A DNA stretch of 63,902 bases, counting the filler, from Octopus bimaculoides (taxonomy: Eukaryota): assembly GCF_001194135.2 (NCBI RefSeq). It is 6 parts of 5 records of this genome, joined end to end, with 100 filler letters (N's around TTAATTAATTAA, not from the genome) between each part and the next. Parts side by side here need not be neighbours in the genome. Positions count along the whole stretch, not along the records: positions 19,906 to 28,155 come from NC_068981.1; positions 28,256 to 54,518 come from NC_069003.1; 4 more parts are not named here. One strand, given 5' to 3'. The notes beneath the pieces are model-generated. The model made no database searches and had not been told where the DNA came from. It was given only the letters and a program-made list of their open reading frames with translations. This document shows positions 23,261 through 37,170 of this stretch, in pieces (position 1 is the stretch's first letter; every line of letters begins with the position of its first letter). The translations under genes were made by a program, and so were the position numbers.

Positions 23261-26200
23261 CGACTTACGTGTAAACGCTAGACGGAACTAACGCTAATAA
23301 GAACAGCCCTCAGATTACGTAGGCTACATACAACGCGAGAGAAATTTAAAGACACAATAAAATTCAACTCTTGATCAAGGCATAAATAATAGCTTTTGAA
23401 CCTACAGTAGAAGTATGTAGTAGAATTCTGACTTTTGAAAAAAGGGAATATATTGGCAAAAAGTTTCATACAAAATATAACACCTGTTCATGCAGTTGTA
23501 TACGTACAAACACGTTATCAATTCCTATATGTTTTCCGTACAACAAAGCTACATGGGAGGCTAGAATATCTGTTCTATTTGCCAAACGAATACTACAAGG
23601 TGATCTTAAAAATAGACTCGGAAAGCATAGCAACAAATGCTTGATATTAGACCAGAAGACAAAATCCGTAGACATTATTTTACGACTCGTAAGACAATTT
23701 AATATCTGTCCATGCATTTCTTACAATGACTTTCTGAATAGCTAAACAACAACAGCCCATTGTCCTCCTTCTCTGAAATTCTTAACCCTGCATTTAGCAG
23801 GGTTATAAATTCATAATGACCAACCAGGTCCCAACTACCCATATTCTTACTCATAAAACAGTGATTGGCTTCTATATGTTCTGTAATTGCGGTACACATC
23901 AACTATTCGATCATACAGGGTAATTTGTAAGTCTGACCGTTTATTCTCATCCATTTCTCCTTGCATAGGTACCTCGAAAGATTAAGCAACTCTCCGGATC
24001 CTCATGACGATCATCTTTTCAATCGCATGTCAGAATGGCTTTTCACTCTCTTTTGTTCAATTATTTGAGAGTTGAGGTAAAAGACACTGAAATTCATCAT
24101 CTCCACTAAATATCCTATATAAAATATAGCTGAATTTGAACCCAAAATCATTATTCAAAAAGTAAGCTAGTAATGTTCTTAATGTATTGCATGTATATAT
24201 ATTAAGGCATTTATCAATTGTATTTACAGTAATAATTTCCGATACTTTTATATTTAGAAATTCTCATTAATTTCAGTGTATTCACTAATTCATTTAGAAT
24301 TAACATTGTTTGCTTCCTGCTGGGTCATGACCGTATATTTCTCTTTATTCAGCATTCATGCTGATTTCCAGGAATATCTCTGAACATATAATTCGCGGAA
24401 AGTTGTCACGACTTTATCATTAGTGAAACTCATATCTGCAATAAAGACAGAAATCATTAATAATGGACAAAGTACCTTTGATTCTACTTAAGCCTTTCTC
24501 ATCTTCAATATGATAAGAATAACAAACTCAGAACAAATCCCACGCATTGCAGAGAAGATATAAATTACATGTAAGTTCAACACATATTGAGATATTCCAT
24601 ATCCATTTTATTAACTTAACTAATATTTATATTTATGATTTCTAACACAGGCACAAGATCAAACATTTCGCGTTAGATTGTGACCAATAATTGGTTGGTA
24701 AATATTTTATCTCCAAGAACCGTAATAAGAGCTGAAAAGCGAAAAGATAGACACTCAGTTAGGCGGCATTCACTGTTAGGTAAGAGCAAGAGATGCAAAC
24801 CTCTTCCATTAGCTGGATAATCGAATATATACCACGCTTCCGAAGCTGTGAGAGAATACAGCTTCGGGCATTTCAATGTGCTGAAGCGGGTTAAACAACT
24901 ATAAATATATTTGTATATTTGCCAAAATTTGAATTTTAGATTTACGTAAAATGTACAGATAATTATGAACTCAACCACTTCTGATAATTAATAGAATAAT
25001 CCCAGAATTCTCCATAGTTGCCGTACAATTCGGCTCTGGTAAAAGGGATTATATTATGCGTATCAAAATGAGCTTAAAGTACACCATCTCTTCTCATTAA
25101 TTTCTCTCTTGCATATACAATCACTACATTTTATAATTTAGGCAGGTTTTTCACTTAACTTTAACGCATACGCTGATAGTTGGAGCAAAACGTCGCGATA
25201 GACTCTGAAGTACATTTTCAGTAAACATTGGTCAATAAATATCTGAAATAGATCAACGATAATTAAGGACTCAGTTAATAAGACACTGTTAACATCGTGA
25301 AGTATATGGGAGGGAACTATATTTCTGTTGAGAGAATTGAAGTATAATCATCAGACAATATATTCACAGTAATTAAGAGCTCTATTTATAACACTTCATT
25401 ACCATATCGAAGTGGTTTATATTAGTACCGCCTAACATAACCGATACGATGGAATGGGTAATTATTCTCAATTCTATTTAAATGAATTTGAGTTATGTAT
25501 CTTAATTATTTGATTATAGATGTTTATTGCTAATAAAACAGCTGTTGAGCTAAATTGTTAACTATATGTACAATATATGCCTTTCCACTTTTATAGTAAT
25601 TATTCAATTTAAAATTGACATGGATGGTTCTCTCCTAGTTCTTTAGTTCAACGTTGGCATATTAAAAAATGCAATTCAATGTCTATCAAAGAAATAGAAA
25701 TGTCTACACAGGTTTAAATTTTTATATACACACCCTCTTTATACCCAAAGAAGAGATATACAGGAAACCTAATTCTATATTAAACACATCTTAGTCGAGA
25801 CAAGCCAATCTTGACTATGACTGAAACATGTATGATCGACCTAGCAAGAAAACAAGACAAAATGGACTTAGGTGGCTATTGAACTTGGAACAGAAATTCT
25901 GCCGTCCTGGTTATAATATATAGATTTGTAACACGACTATAGATAATGTAGGTGGATATAGGTGGCTAAATGTAATAAAATATTTGGATGCTATTTATTT
26001 TATAGATTACGGTCGGAAATGAGGTAAAAAGGAAGTAAATGTAGTAAGCCATTTTATTCGCAACTCTACCGATTTCAGTCTTTAATTATAGACTGAACAA
26101 ATTCTTATATGTTTCTCTTAAATTATGTTATTCTCTCAGAGATGTATATAAACATATTTTTTGTTTATCATTATTTCCACAGAAAAAAATATATTCATAT

Positions 26201-27764
26201 TTATGTCTACAATATGTTTCCATCGGTTCGATCTTTAATCGGCTTGTTGTTGGGCTGCATTCTTATTCGGAGCTTATATTTTAATATTATAACACTTCAA
26301 ATTTTTCATATATGTGAATATTAAAGCATTTGCAATCGTCTTTATAAAAGAACTTGCCTCAGGTATATAGTTACTAAGTTTCATTAATTTCTATATTACT
26401 TGATAATAATTTTAAACCTGCAGCTTTTGCTTTCTGTTGAATTATGACCATATATTTCCACTTGTCCAGCTCTCATGCTGAAATCCAATCGCAGCTGTGA
26501 GCATACATTCATGGAAATATATTTATCAATAGGTCTACTGAAAGACAATTCTGCAATAATGACAAAAGTTAATGATTAAGAAAAGTTCCTTCTAAGTAAG
26601 CTCACTCCTTCATTTTAATGTAATATAAATACGCAGGCACAATTGCATAAGCATGAGAGAGAAAACACTGATGGAAACATGTCAGCAAAGGGCTTAACAC
26701 ACGTTTTCAACAGTAAATCGAGTAATAATAATGGTTTCTGACATGGGTACAAGGCAATACGTTTGGTGCTAGATCAATACTAATACTTGACCTATAGTTT
26801 CTCTATCGACATAATAAAGATGAAAGACAAAGTTAAAACTGGTGGTAATTGAATATAGAAAAAGACGTATATACACAGTGCAACGAATGCTGTAATAACT
26901 AGAACATATGTGATATAGCTGAGAGATACACAAATAGAAATTGAAAAGCACGAGCCGATAAATCGGTGTTACTATTAAAGGTGATATAAGAATTTTTCCA
27001 TATCCAGCAGTATTAATATCAGCAGTTATACTGTTGAGTAGATCAAAATGATAATAAAAACATAAAAAATACAAGATTAGCTTCGTACTATAGAAATGTA
27101 ACTGCCATTGCTTTGAAAGATCGCAATTTAGAACATTATTTGATGGACTCGAGTATGGTGTTTGACATTTGATGAGGAGAAACAAATATATTCCGAACTT
27201 CAAATGGGTTTTCTTATGCCAAAAGTATAATTAACATAGACTCTGTCTAAGAGTATATATATAATGCTTGAATAATAACTTGGAGTGACATATTTGTATT
27301 TTCTTTTAAAAAAATCAGTATTATATATGAACAAATTGATTTCGATACACATATTTGTCTTACATACATTCATTCTGTACTAACATAGGACATGTTTTAT
27401 ATCAATGTAGGAATAGACAGATGTATATAAATATCTAATACTTCACATTCTAATGAATTTGTATTTAACACGAAATCAATGACTTTAATATATTTAACCT
27501 CTCAAGATTAGAGGACATAATTAGTGATGTGATCATTGTGATGTAATTTTTCATACTTTTGCATAGAATTAAATCTCCTATCAAATGCCGGTTATCAGTT
27601 ACTGTGGTGTTGAATTCTGGTTGACTCAGATGTTATGAGATATTAGTTCCGTAAAAGTGCAAAATGATTTGGCTTGAATTTGGCCTAACAGTGCACATTG
27701 ATTGGCATGCCATTGTCTCTTAGGTAATCCTCAAGATGGTTATCACAACAGGAATATTGATTTC

Positions 27765-27925
27765 AAATTTTGGCCCAAGGCCAGCAAATTTGTGGCAGTG
27801 GGTAAGTCGATTACCTCAAACCCAGGGTTCAGCAGGGACTTATTTTATCGACCACAAAAATATAAGAGGCAAAGTCGATCCCGGAACAAATGCTGCGAAG
27901 CATTTTGTCCTGCGTTGCAACAATT
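27765..27925 (-). mobile_element. SINE family B, diverged
   Basis: Similar to the reverse complement of 99-307. Confidence 0.65.
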
Positions 27926-28299
27926 ATGTCATGCCAGTACCTTCAGCAGCAGAAATATCAGTTAACATTCTGACTCTATATGTTATTGGCATTGAATTTC
28001 CAATTCTTACATTGTTATGTATGTATGTATGTATGTATGTATGTATGTGTAAATGGCTTCAGTCACACACACAAACGAACATCTATGCGTACAAAACACA
28101 TGTATTCAATAGGTGTACGTACGTGTGTATGTGTGTGTGTGTGTGTGTTGCCTGTNNNNNNNNNNNNNNNNNNNNNNNNNNNNNNNNNNNNNNNNNNNNT
28201 TAATTAATTAANNNNNNNNNNNNNNNNNNNNNNNNNNNNNNNNNNNNNNNNNNNNATATATATATATATACATACATAAACATACATATATATACATAC

Positions 28300-28744
28300 A
28301 TCTTATCTTTCATCTGTTATCTTTTAGTTGTCTCTGTCATTAGACAGCGGTCAAGTTGGGGCACCGTTGTAGAAATCTTCTCGAATGAATCGACCCCAGT
28401 ATTTATTATTTTTTTAAAACCTGGTACTTATTTTATCGGTTTATTTTGCCGAGCTGCAAAGTTACGGGGACGTAAACAATCCAATACCGGTTGTCTAGCG
28501 GTAGTGGGGGGGGTCAAACGCAAACACAAAGACACACACACATACACATGCAATCACACACACACATGCAACCACACACACATAAATATACATATATATA
28601 TATATATTCGACAGTCTTCTTTCAGCTCCCGTTTATCAAATCCACTCACAAGGCTTTGGTTGGGCCGAGTCTATAGTTGGGGACACTTACTTAAGGTCCC
28701 ACGAAGAGGAACTAAACCCGGAACAATGCGGTTAGGAAGCATGC

Positions 28745-28745
<1 letters not shown>
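28300..28745 (-). mobile_element. SINE family C
   Basis: aaatccactcacaaggctttgg...aacccggaacaatgcgg; similar to 60262-60680. Confidence 0.8.
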
Positions 28746-28775
<30 letters not shown>

Positions 28776-30034
28776 TATGTATATATATGTGTGTTTCTGT
28801 GTATATATATATATATATATGTGTGTGTGCGTGTGCGTGCGTGTGTGTATGTGTGCGCATTTAGTTGCTATATATACATATATGTGTCTAGGTATGTATG
28901 AATGAATTCATGTATGCATTTATTTGCACACACGCATGTGTGTGTGCATATCTTTGTATATATTTATGTATACACACACGCACACGCACACACACGCACA
29001 CACACACACACATGGAGTGAGACAGAGAAGAAGTGACAAAGAGGATACTGATGAGACGTAGCAAAGGAGACTACGTTGTGAAAAACAAACACACAAACCC
29101 CGTCTAAATAGAAAATACGACAAAAACAAAAACAAAATAAAAAAAGAGAAGTAAAGGGTGGGGGGTGGGAAAAAACAAATCCAGAGTTAAGGGAAAGTAA
29201 GAAGACATGATTTTTGCTGATATAATTTGTTTTGATACGATTGAAGTTTCTGATGAATTTTCCTGATTTCTGATAATTTCTGATGATTTGTAATCCTTTA
29301 CGAAATTACTTGTCAAAGCGATTCCGTATTAGAGAAGTTATACGTCGTGGGACTGAGATGTACAGGACGGATGTTGTTGTTGTTGATGATGATGGTGGTG
29401 GTGGTGGTGGTAGTGATGGTGGTAGTTTGGTAATGGTGTTGGTGGTGGTAATCGTGGTGATGATTGTGATGATCGTGTTGGCGGTGGATATGTCAAAGTC
29501 TAAGCTTGTAGGTTATGTGTGATTGTGCGTGTGTGTGTAGACACACATACATAAACTCATACATACACACACACACACACTCACAAACACACATGCACAT
29601 ACACATACATTTACATGTATATACGCACACAAACGTTTGTGAGTATGCATACGCACTCACACACACACATACATATCCATATATACATACACACAGACAC
29701 ACGTGTGTGTGTCTGTGTTATTTATATAGGTGATTATTTTAATGTCATGACTCAAAATGTTGACTCCTGACTTTTATATGTCTTTGCTCTCTTATCTCTT
29801 GTCTCCAAATATAACACCAATAAACTAATAAATATTCATATAACAGTTTGATCAGTTTAATTGGCGGTAGGAAAGAAGAATTAGGAAAGCGTTTCGGATT
29901 CTAGTCTTTCGTCTAAAAGTGAAGAAAATACAGAGATAAAGAGAGAGAGAGCTATCGGCAATTTTTTTTATTCAAAAACCGGGAAGGAAAATTTTTTAGA
30001 CCCAGTTTTTCTGTCTAAATCGTGTCTAAAAATA

Positions 30035-30310
30035 CGAGGTTGAGTCAAAAATTATACACACTCTTGCTTTTTCAATGTATTTACACAAAAGCAGGGGATA
30101 AACAAATACGTCATTTTTTTACATAGTCTCCTTCCTTTCCGATGCACTTGGTCCAGCGGTCCACAAGCTTGCGTATTCCCTCCAAGAAGAAGGTTTTCGG
30201 TTGGTCGTGCAAACCATTTATGTACCGGTTCCTTCACATCTTCACCCGTAGAAAATCGACAACCTCATAAACCATCTTTGAGTGGTCCAAAATATGATAG
30301 TCGGAAGGGA
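30035..30310 (-). mobile_element. mariner transposase C-terminal remnant with TIR
   Basis: Minus strand PSDYH.FGPLKDGL..RFST.EDVKEPVHKWF...KLVDRWTKCIGKEGDYVKK*; TIR ta|cgaggttgagtcaaaaattat. Confidence 0.85.
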
Positions 30311-30314
30311 CGTC

Positions 30315-30455
30315 TTTCTGTTCTGAGTTCAAATTCCACCGAGGTCAACTTGCCTTTCATTCTTTCGGGGTCGATAAAATAAGTACCAATTGAATACTGG
30401 GCTCAATACATCCCCTTCCCGAATTCGGTGGCCTTGTGCCAAAATTTGAGAGCAA
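30315..30455 (+). mobile_element. SINE family B, 5'-truncated
   Basis: ctgagttcaaattccaccgaggtcaacttgcctttcattctttcggggtcgataaaataagtacc. Confidence 0.8.
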
Positions 30456-31487
30456 TATAGTGCAATATCTATAAATTAGCAATCTAGTATTATACTTAAT
30501 GCAAATACATAACGAGAAGCCAAATTAACTGCAACAGTCGTCCGAAGACATCTCTTATGAACGTACTGTGATAAATATCACCAAAAAATATCAGTAATAG
30601 ACGGAAATCATCCATAAGAAATATTATTTCCAGACGGATACCGCAGTAAATGTGGCTTTCGGTGACATGTCTGTCGTAAGCTTGACACTCTGATTGGTAA
30701 TTAAATCTAGTATTGTTTCTGCTGCACGTAACGAATCTATATATTTATACACTAAGGTAAATGTGTCACGCTGTCACGTTGCTGAAGGGTGAAGCAAAAT
30801 AAATAAATAAAAACGAAGTGTTTCTCTTAACACTTTCCACAATCTTATATGTTTTTTCAAAAAGCGTATTGAGCATTGTTACAACTTTACCAACGTACGG
30901 TAGTAGAATAATGTTATACGTAATGTCTTCGATTTTTTCCTTAGGTAAGGTTGTATATTTCTTCACATTAAGTGAAAAATGATAAATAACTCACAAAATA
31001 GAATGCGTAAGAATATAGCTTTCAGAGATGTTATTTCTCGAGATTACAGATTCAGTACTATCTACGTAGAGTTTTACAATATCTCAACAATCAAATGCTT
31101 CAAGAAAATATACATTTCTACCCTACAATTTTCAAAATACGCGTGGAATATCCACGGCTACTGCTTGTAATATAATATAATATGTAAAGGGATGTTTTTG
31201 CGATCTGCTGCAAAGCACTTGAACAACACGCCATCATTGTGATAGATTTGAAATGTTGAGTAATGGATTTGGGAACGCTATTGTTTCAAACTGAACGTGG
31301 AGGGCTGATAGGCAGAAAATGAAAAATCTTTACTAAAAGATATCAGACTCTAATGTAGTTGATTCTTTTTATATAACTCACAACATATAAGCACATACAA
31401 ACACATACATACATACATGCATATGTGTGCGTATTTATCTATGTAAGTATCTATATATATACATATACATATCTATGTATATGCATA

Positions 31488-31520
<33 letters not shown>

Positions 31521-31981
31521 CATGTATACATAAATATATATATATAATGTCTATATGTATGTATATCTATATCTATATATCTATCTATATATGTATATAT
31601 ATATATATATATATTTCTCTCCGTGTATGTATATATATATATATGTATGTATGTATATATGTATGTATATATGTGCGTACGTACGTATGTATGTATATAG
31701 ATATATTTTCACATGTGTTATTGGCTCGTAAACAATAGATTTTAAGTGGCCGGTAGTATTAGAGGGAAGAAGCTGTCAACTCGAATTATGACTCGTTACA
31801 ATGAATGTTTATGTAACCTGTTATTGATCGAGACAGCATGCCGATGCTGTGCAATGTAATAACGAACACTGTTAATGAAAGGCAATATATAAAACTAGAG
31901 TGAAACCCCCGAGATATCGGATATTGAAAAACAGCGCAGATAGCTGAATCTAAGGAGAAAGACAACGGTAAACTGAAGTAC

Positions 31982-32030
<49 letters not shown>

Positions 32031-32774
32031 NNNNNNNNNNNNNNNNNNNNNNNNNNNNNNNNNNNNNNNNNNNNNNNNNNNNNNNNNNNNNNNNNNNNNN
32101 NNNNNNNNNNNNNNNNNNNNNNNNNNNNNNNNNNNNNNNNNNNNNNNNNNNNNNNNNNNNNNNNNNNNNNNNNNNNNNNNNNNNNNNNNNNNNNNNNNNN
32201 NNNNNNNNNNNNNNNNNNNNNNNNNNNNNNNNNNNNNNNNNNNNNNNNNNNNNNNNNNNNNNNNNNNNNNNNNNNNNNNNNNNNNNNNNNNNNNNNNNNN
32301 NNNNNNNNNNNNNNNNNNNNNNNNNNNNNNNNNNNNNNNNNNNNNNNNNNNNNNNNNNNNNNNNNNNNNNNNNNNNNNNNNNNNNNNNNNNNNNNNNNNN
32401 NNNNNNNNNNNNNNNNNNNNNNNNNNNNNNNNNNNNNNNNNNNNNNNNNNNNNNNNNNNNNNNNNNNNNNNNNNNNNNNNNNNNNNNNNNNNNNNNNNNN
32501 NNNNNNNNNNNNNNNNNNNNNNNNNNNNNNNNNNNNNNNNNNNNNNNNNNNNNNNNNNNNNNNNNNNNNNNNNNNNNNNNNNNNNNNNNNNNNNNNNNNN
32601 NNNNNNNNNNNNNNNNNNNNNNNNNNNNNNNNNNNNNNNNNNNNNNNNNNNNNNNNNNNNNNNNNNNNNNNNNNNNNNNNNNNNNNNNNNNNNNNNNNNN
32701 NNNNNNNNNNNNNNNNNNNNNNNNNNNNNNNNNNNNNNNTGTGTGTGTCTCTGTGTGTGTGTGTGTGTGTGTGT

Positions 32775-32816
<42 letters not shown>

Positions 32817-33829
32817 TTATATATATCAGAATGGAAAATTATACATTATTTATTACGGTATCATTCTGATTAAATGCCAATCCGACACGTGTTTCTGTCG
32901 GGTAAGTGTTTTAGTGTCCTTTGATGAAGCAGTTACGTGCATTTAGTTGATTCAGTCGCAGTACATATTCATCTAAACTAGACATTCCTATGCAACTTTG
33001 TTGAAGTTTTACCCACACGGGTGGGTGAAGCGAACTCAGGATTCAAGCATTAGACAGTCCTACTTAAAGTACATTCTAGGTGAGGGATCATAAAACCTCA
33101 GGGTGCATGACAGTAGAGTTTTCGTTGAAATACAATATGACTATAGTTCTGGTATCACTTAAACTCGGTATCACCTCTTTAATTATTAAGTGAACAGATT
33201 ATATTATACACTTAGCCATAGAAAATAACCTTAATTAGATTAGGATTCATTCACATCACTGACCTCTCATAGTGAGATTAATATGATACCATATAAGATA
33301 AATGTATATATTTAAAAGGGATTGAGAGAGGAAATAATTATCGTATTCCTTTTGGGTGGTAAGAACAGTCTATAGCAATAAAGTTTTATGCTTTTCTGAA
33401 TATTAGAAATCTAGTATTAACTGGGATGAATAAAGTAAGTTGAAATTCTAATTATATTGTCTCAATTCACACAAAAAAACTATAATTGTGAGGTTTAATG
33501 TGTGTTTGTTAAAACCTAACGAAAGTAAACTTGCGATCATTTGACGAGGTTAAGATATATGCACTTCAATCTACGTGATTTCTAGTTAAAAATCTTTATA
33601 TGGAAAATATTGAGTATTTTTTAATGAATGTGTACGTTTTACATTTAATTCGTTTCTACGATTTAATAACCTGCAATTAGAGGTAAAGATGTGGGATATT
33701 TCTTCCTAGCATAAATCACATTTCGAATTCTCAATAGTATATGGCGAAGCGTTATTAATAATTGCCCATTTAATATTATATTTAGTGTCCCTATCTTTTA
33801 AATTCCAGATGAATGACTCACACTAGGGC

Positions 33830-34090
33830 AATTCATTTTCTCCAATTTTTGAAAAAGGAAAGGTGATTACGTAAGCTTTGCTTCAGTAGAAATGACCCTA
33901 TGTAATAATTAGAAATATCATAAGCTGCTATTATACATCTACAAGCTAGGTTTTTTCTGGGGCATTGTCCTTTAAGGAGACACACAAGTTTGCTCTTACA
34001 GTTACAATAACGCCTATTAATATTAATTCTATACTTGCTACTGGCAGAAATATTACGTATCAATCTATAGATATTATCCGTTTCGGTATA
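33830..34090 (-). mobile_element. Penelope-like GIY-YIG remnant
   Basis: CNCKSKLVCLLKGQCPRKNL..RCII....NYYIGS....RNHLSFF. Confidence 0.6.
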
Positions 34091-34123
34091 CATTAAATTA
34101 GGTATATTATTGCATTCCCATTA

Positions 34124-34375
34124 CAGTAATTCCTCACCATATCGCGGTTCACCTATTGCAGTTCTCCTATCGTAGTTCACCTATCGTAGTTTATTATTCA
34201 AGGTTACGTCGATTGCTCTGTTGTGTTGTTTGCATTTATAATAAAGAAAAATATATAAAATTATAAAAATAATTCTTAAAAATATATACAGTACAGTACC
34301 GATTCTACTTCGCGGATTTTCACCTATCGCGGGGAATTTTGGAACGTAACACCCGCGATAGTCGAGGGCTTACTG
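34124..34375. mobile_element. Tigger/pogo-type MITE with TA target duplication
   Basis: ta|cagtaattcctcaccatatcgcgg ... ccgcgatagtcgagggcttactg|ta imperfect TIRs. Confidence 0.85.
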
Positions 34376-35744
34376 TATTCATTTATGTTGTTTGGGCTCG
34401 GTTACTTCCCTGACACATCCTTCCGTAGGTTCTCCATTGTTTTTGCTACAACTGCTTGCCAAACAGATGTTCGTTATCCAGCTAGAATTATCCGCGTTAT
34501 ATTCCACCTCGTCTGTATATTATTAGTCATATTATCACTTTTTATTTTAATTTTATTATTTGTGTTTATTAGGTTCATACTAGTGAAATCTCTAATTCTA
34601 TTGGAATTGTGTGCTGCAACAATTTGAGCTGGAATTTTAGTTGACAATTACCCAAAATGAGACGATATTTATTTCCTCTTTGTACGGATCTATATATGTA
34701 TGCATTCTTGAATGTATACATGTAATGTATGTATGCATACTTTCAGTTCGACAAAATATCAACATTAACTATGATGGAAAAATATTTATCTTAGCCTAAT
34801 ACTTTCCATTATTCAGCCGGGTATCTAATTGCAACGCCAGTGACTTTTACAGTTACTGTGTTGCCACATAAGTAGCGACAGATTTTGTCTTAGCGTGCAT
34901 TTGGCAGGGGTACATGCTACTGTCAATGCCCATCGTATGAGAAATATGTATCTAACTTCCTCACCGTTGCTGCTGGACTATTTTCGTCAGCTACTGATAT
35001 ATTTTTGTCATTTACTATGGTACGTCCATAGGTCGTATTATCTCCGGACGAATATTACAGTGAATTTGTCTATTTGCGGTGTATCTGCATTACATATGAT
35101 ACAGAGATAGCTATATATATGTGTGTATATGTGTGCGTGCGTGCACGCGCGTACAAGCATATGTATTCATGTAGATATGCGTATGTAAATATATAAACGA
35201 ATGTATATATGTATGTGCGTGTATAAGTGTGTGCGTGTGTGTGAGAGAGAGTGTGTGCATGTGTGTGTGTACGTGTTGCGCGAATGCTAGCAATTTGATA
35301 TTATTCATTTTCTCTTTCAAACAGATTATATATAAAGACACTAATATATTTTAGCCTAGCCTTTTCAATTAATGATATTTTACATTTCCTTATTGCGACT
35401 CTAAATTTAATCCGGAACGATATCTTTCCCAAATCCATTAGTATTAGTTCATATAAGCTTCGAAACCTTCTCAGTCTCTTCATCAGTATTAGATGATAGC
35501 ATTAAAAGTCCGTTGTTCACAGTCTTATCCTTGTCACGTTATATATTGGATTGGTTCACTTTTAATAACCACGTTTGAAAGGACATCCATAAACAATTGA
35601 AAATTTTAACGTAATTGTGCAACATCTTAGACGAGTGTCTTCAACTATCACTTCGACGTGGTTTATATTTTTATCAGTGAAATTTTGTAGAAAGAAATTA
35701 TATTGACGCTCGTTGTATGTATGTTTGTATACATGTTCTTTCTT

Positions 35745-35970
35745 TATTGCCCACAAGGGGCTAAACATAGAGGGGACAAACAAGGACAGACAAAGGGATT
35801 AAGTCGATTACATCGACCCCAGTGACTAACTGGTACTTAATTTATCGACCCCGAATGGATGAAAGGCAAAGTCGACCTCGGCGGAATTTGAACTCAGAAC
35901 GTAACTGCAGACGAAATACTGCTAAGCATTTCGCCGGGCGCGCTAACAATTCTGCTAGCTCACCGCCCTT
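35745..35970 (-). mobile_element. SINE family B
   Basis: gaaaggcaaagtcgacctcggcggaatttgaactcagaacg...tctgctagctcaccgcc. Confidence 0.85.
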
Positions 35971-35991
35971 TGTACATGTATGAGTCCATGC

Positions 35992-36022
<31 letters not shown>

Positions 36023-36649
36023 TGCTTTAGTGTATACGTGAGTGTATGCGTGTATGTATGCATGCCTGCAGGTCGACAAAGGGATATTACATTAATATCA
36101 AATTAAACAAATTAATAATTGAGTCCGATATGATCTAAACCAATGAAGGCGATGATCCATCATAGCTGCAGGCTGATGATGGAAACTAGGAAAAGAGTAA
36201 AAAGACCTGTTATGATATCATTTTGCTTATATACTTACGAATGTTACATGGTTATATTTTAGTTGAAAAGAGGCGTGTATGCGAACGTGTTTGTGTGTGT
36301 GTACGCGTGTGTGTGTACACAGCGATTCGTTAAATCATTCATAGATTTCTATGGTGTAGACATTTATGCTGAGAGTGATCGTCGTCCGGAATCAGCCTAA
36401 TGAAGCCGATCCCATAGAAGAGGCTACGGCGAAAGACGAAACTGACCGATCAGTCTGGGAATATCTCGACCGCTGCTTTTCGAGTGATTGCGGTCCCTGT
36501 CAGCATGCATGTATACAATTATGTGCTTTGACTGCAGCATTAGAGCGTTTAGCTCTCATTTCTAGCAATGTAGATATTTATAACACCGTCAGTCATATTT
36601 AATGACGGTTATAGTTCGCCTTGTTCGTACATGTTTGCTTACTGCTGAC

Positions 36650-37170
36650 TAAATAAATTATTTGTATACACATTCACTGATAAAACCTTTTATAACCCTC
36701 CAACTCTTCATTCCTCGACCATCTGGTCGTAACAATAGGTTCCACAATATTTTATAGTCCACGCTGCTCTTCTCCCAAAAGGTTAAGTTAAATATAGGTA
36801 GAAGATTCTTACACTTAGTAATCACTTTCCTAGTAATTATAGGTGTAGGAAGATATTTAACCGCCACACGGTTAAAATCACATATTCATGCCCCATCCCC
36901 TAATATAGAGGCCTATATCAATAAACATACTGATGACTCAGTCCTGTAGTGGATGCACATGCAGAGATAAATCGAAATGTCCTCGAGAGCAGGCATGCAA
37001 TATACCCTTCGATGGTCATGAAGCACAGGTAACAGCAGACTATGACAACTACCTGACAGTGATCAAGCGTTATATTGAATCAGTGGAAGGAAAATTTAAA
37101 TCTGGAAACTTAAGGTACAACAACAAATGGAAGATCCTTTTTCAACCAAACCTTATAGTAATGGGTTAAG
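36650..37170. mobile_element. Penelope-like GIY-YIG remnant with internal inversion
   Basis: Plus 36933-37169: CTCRDKSKCP...EAQVT...KRYIESVEGKFK. Minus 36870-36660: the downstream part, STYI...SVDYKILWNLL. Confidence 0.6.

Noticed and set aside
24330-24438. Strong minus-strand acceptor tttctgtctttattgcag with DMSFTNDKVVTTFRELYVQRYSWKSA*
   Set aside because: No good donor and no similarity recognised; cannot be separated from chance.
26416-26475. Minus-strand LDKWKYMVIIQQKAKAAG exon joining the 18438 exon
   Set aside because: An in-frame TGA lies between the best acceptor and the peptide, and the donor (gtttaa) is weak.
29048-29083. CTGATGA-GACGTAG...CTACGTT-gt-GAAA hammerhead-like core
   Set aside because: No stem I, stem III or NUH site can be formed.
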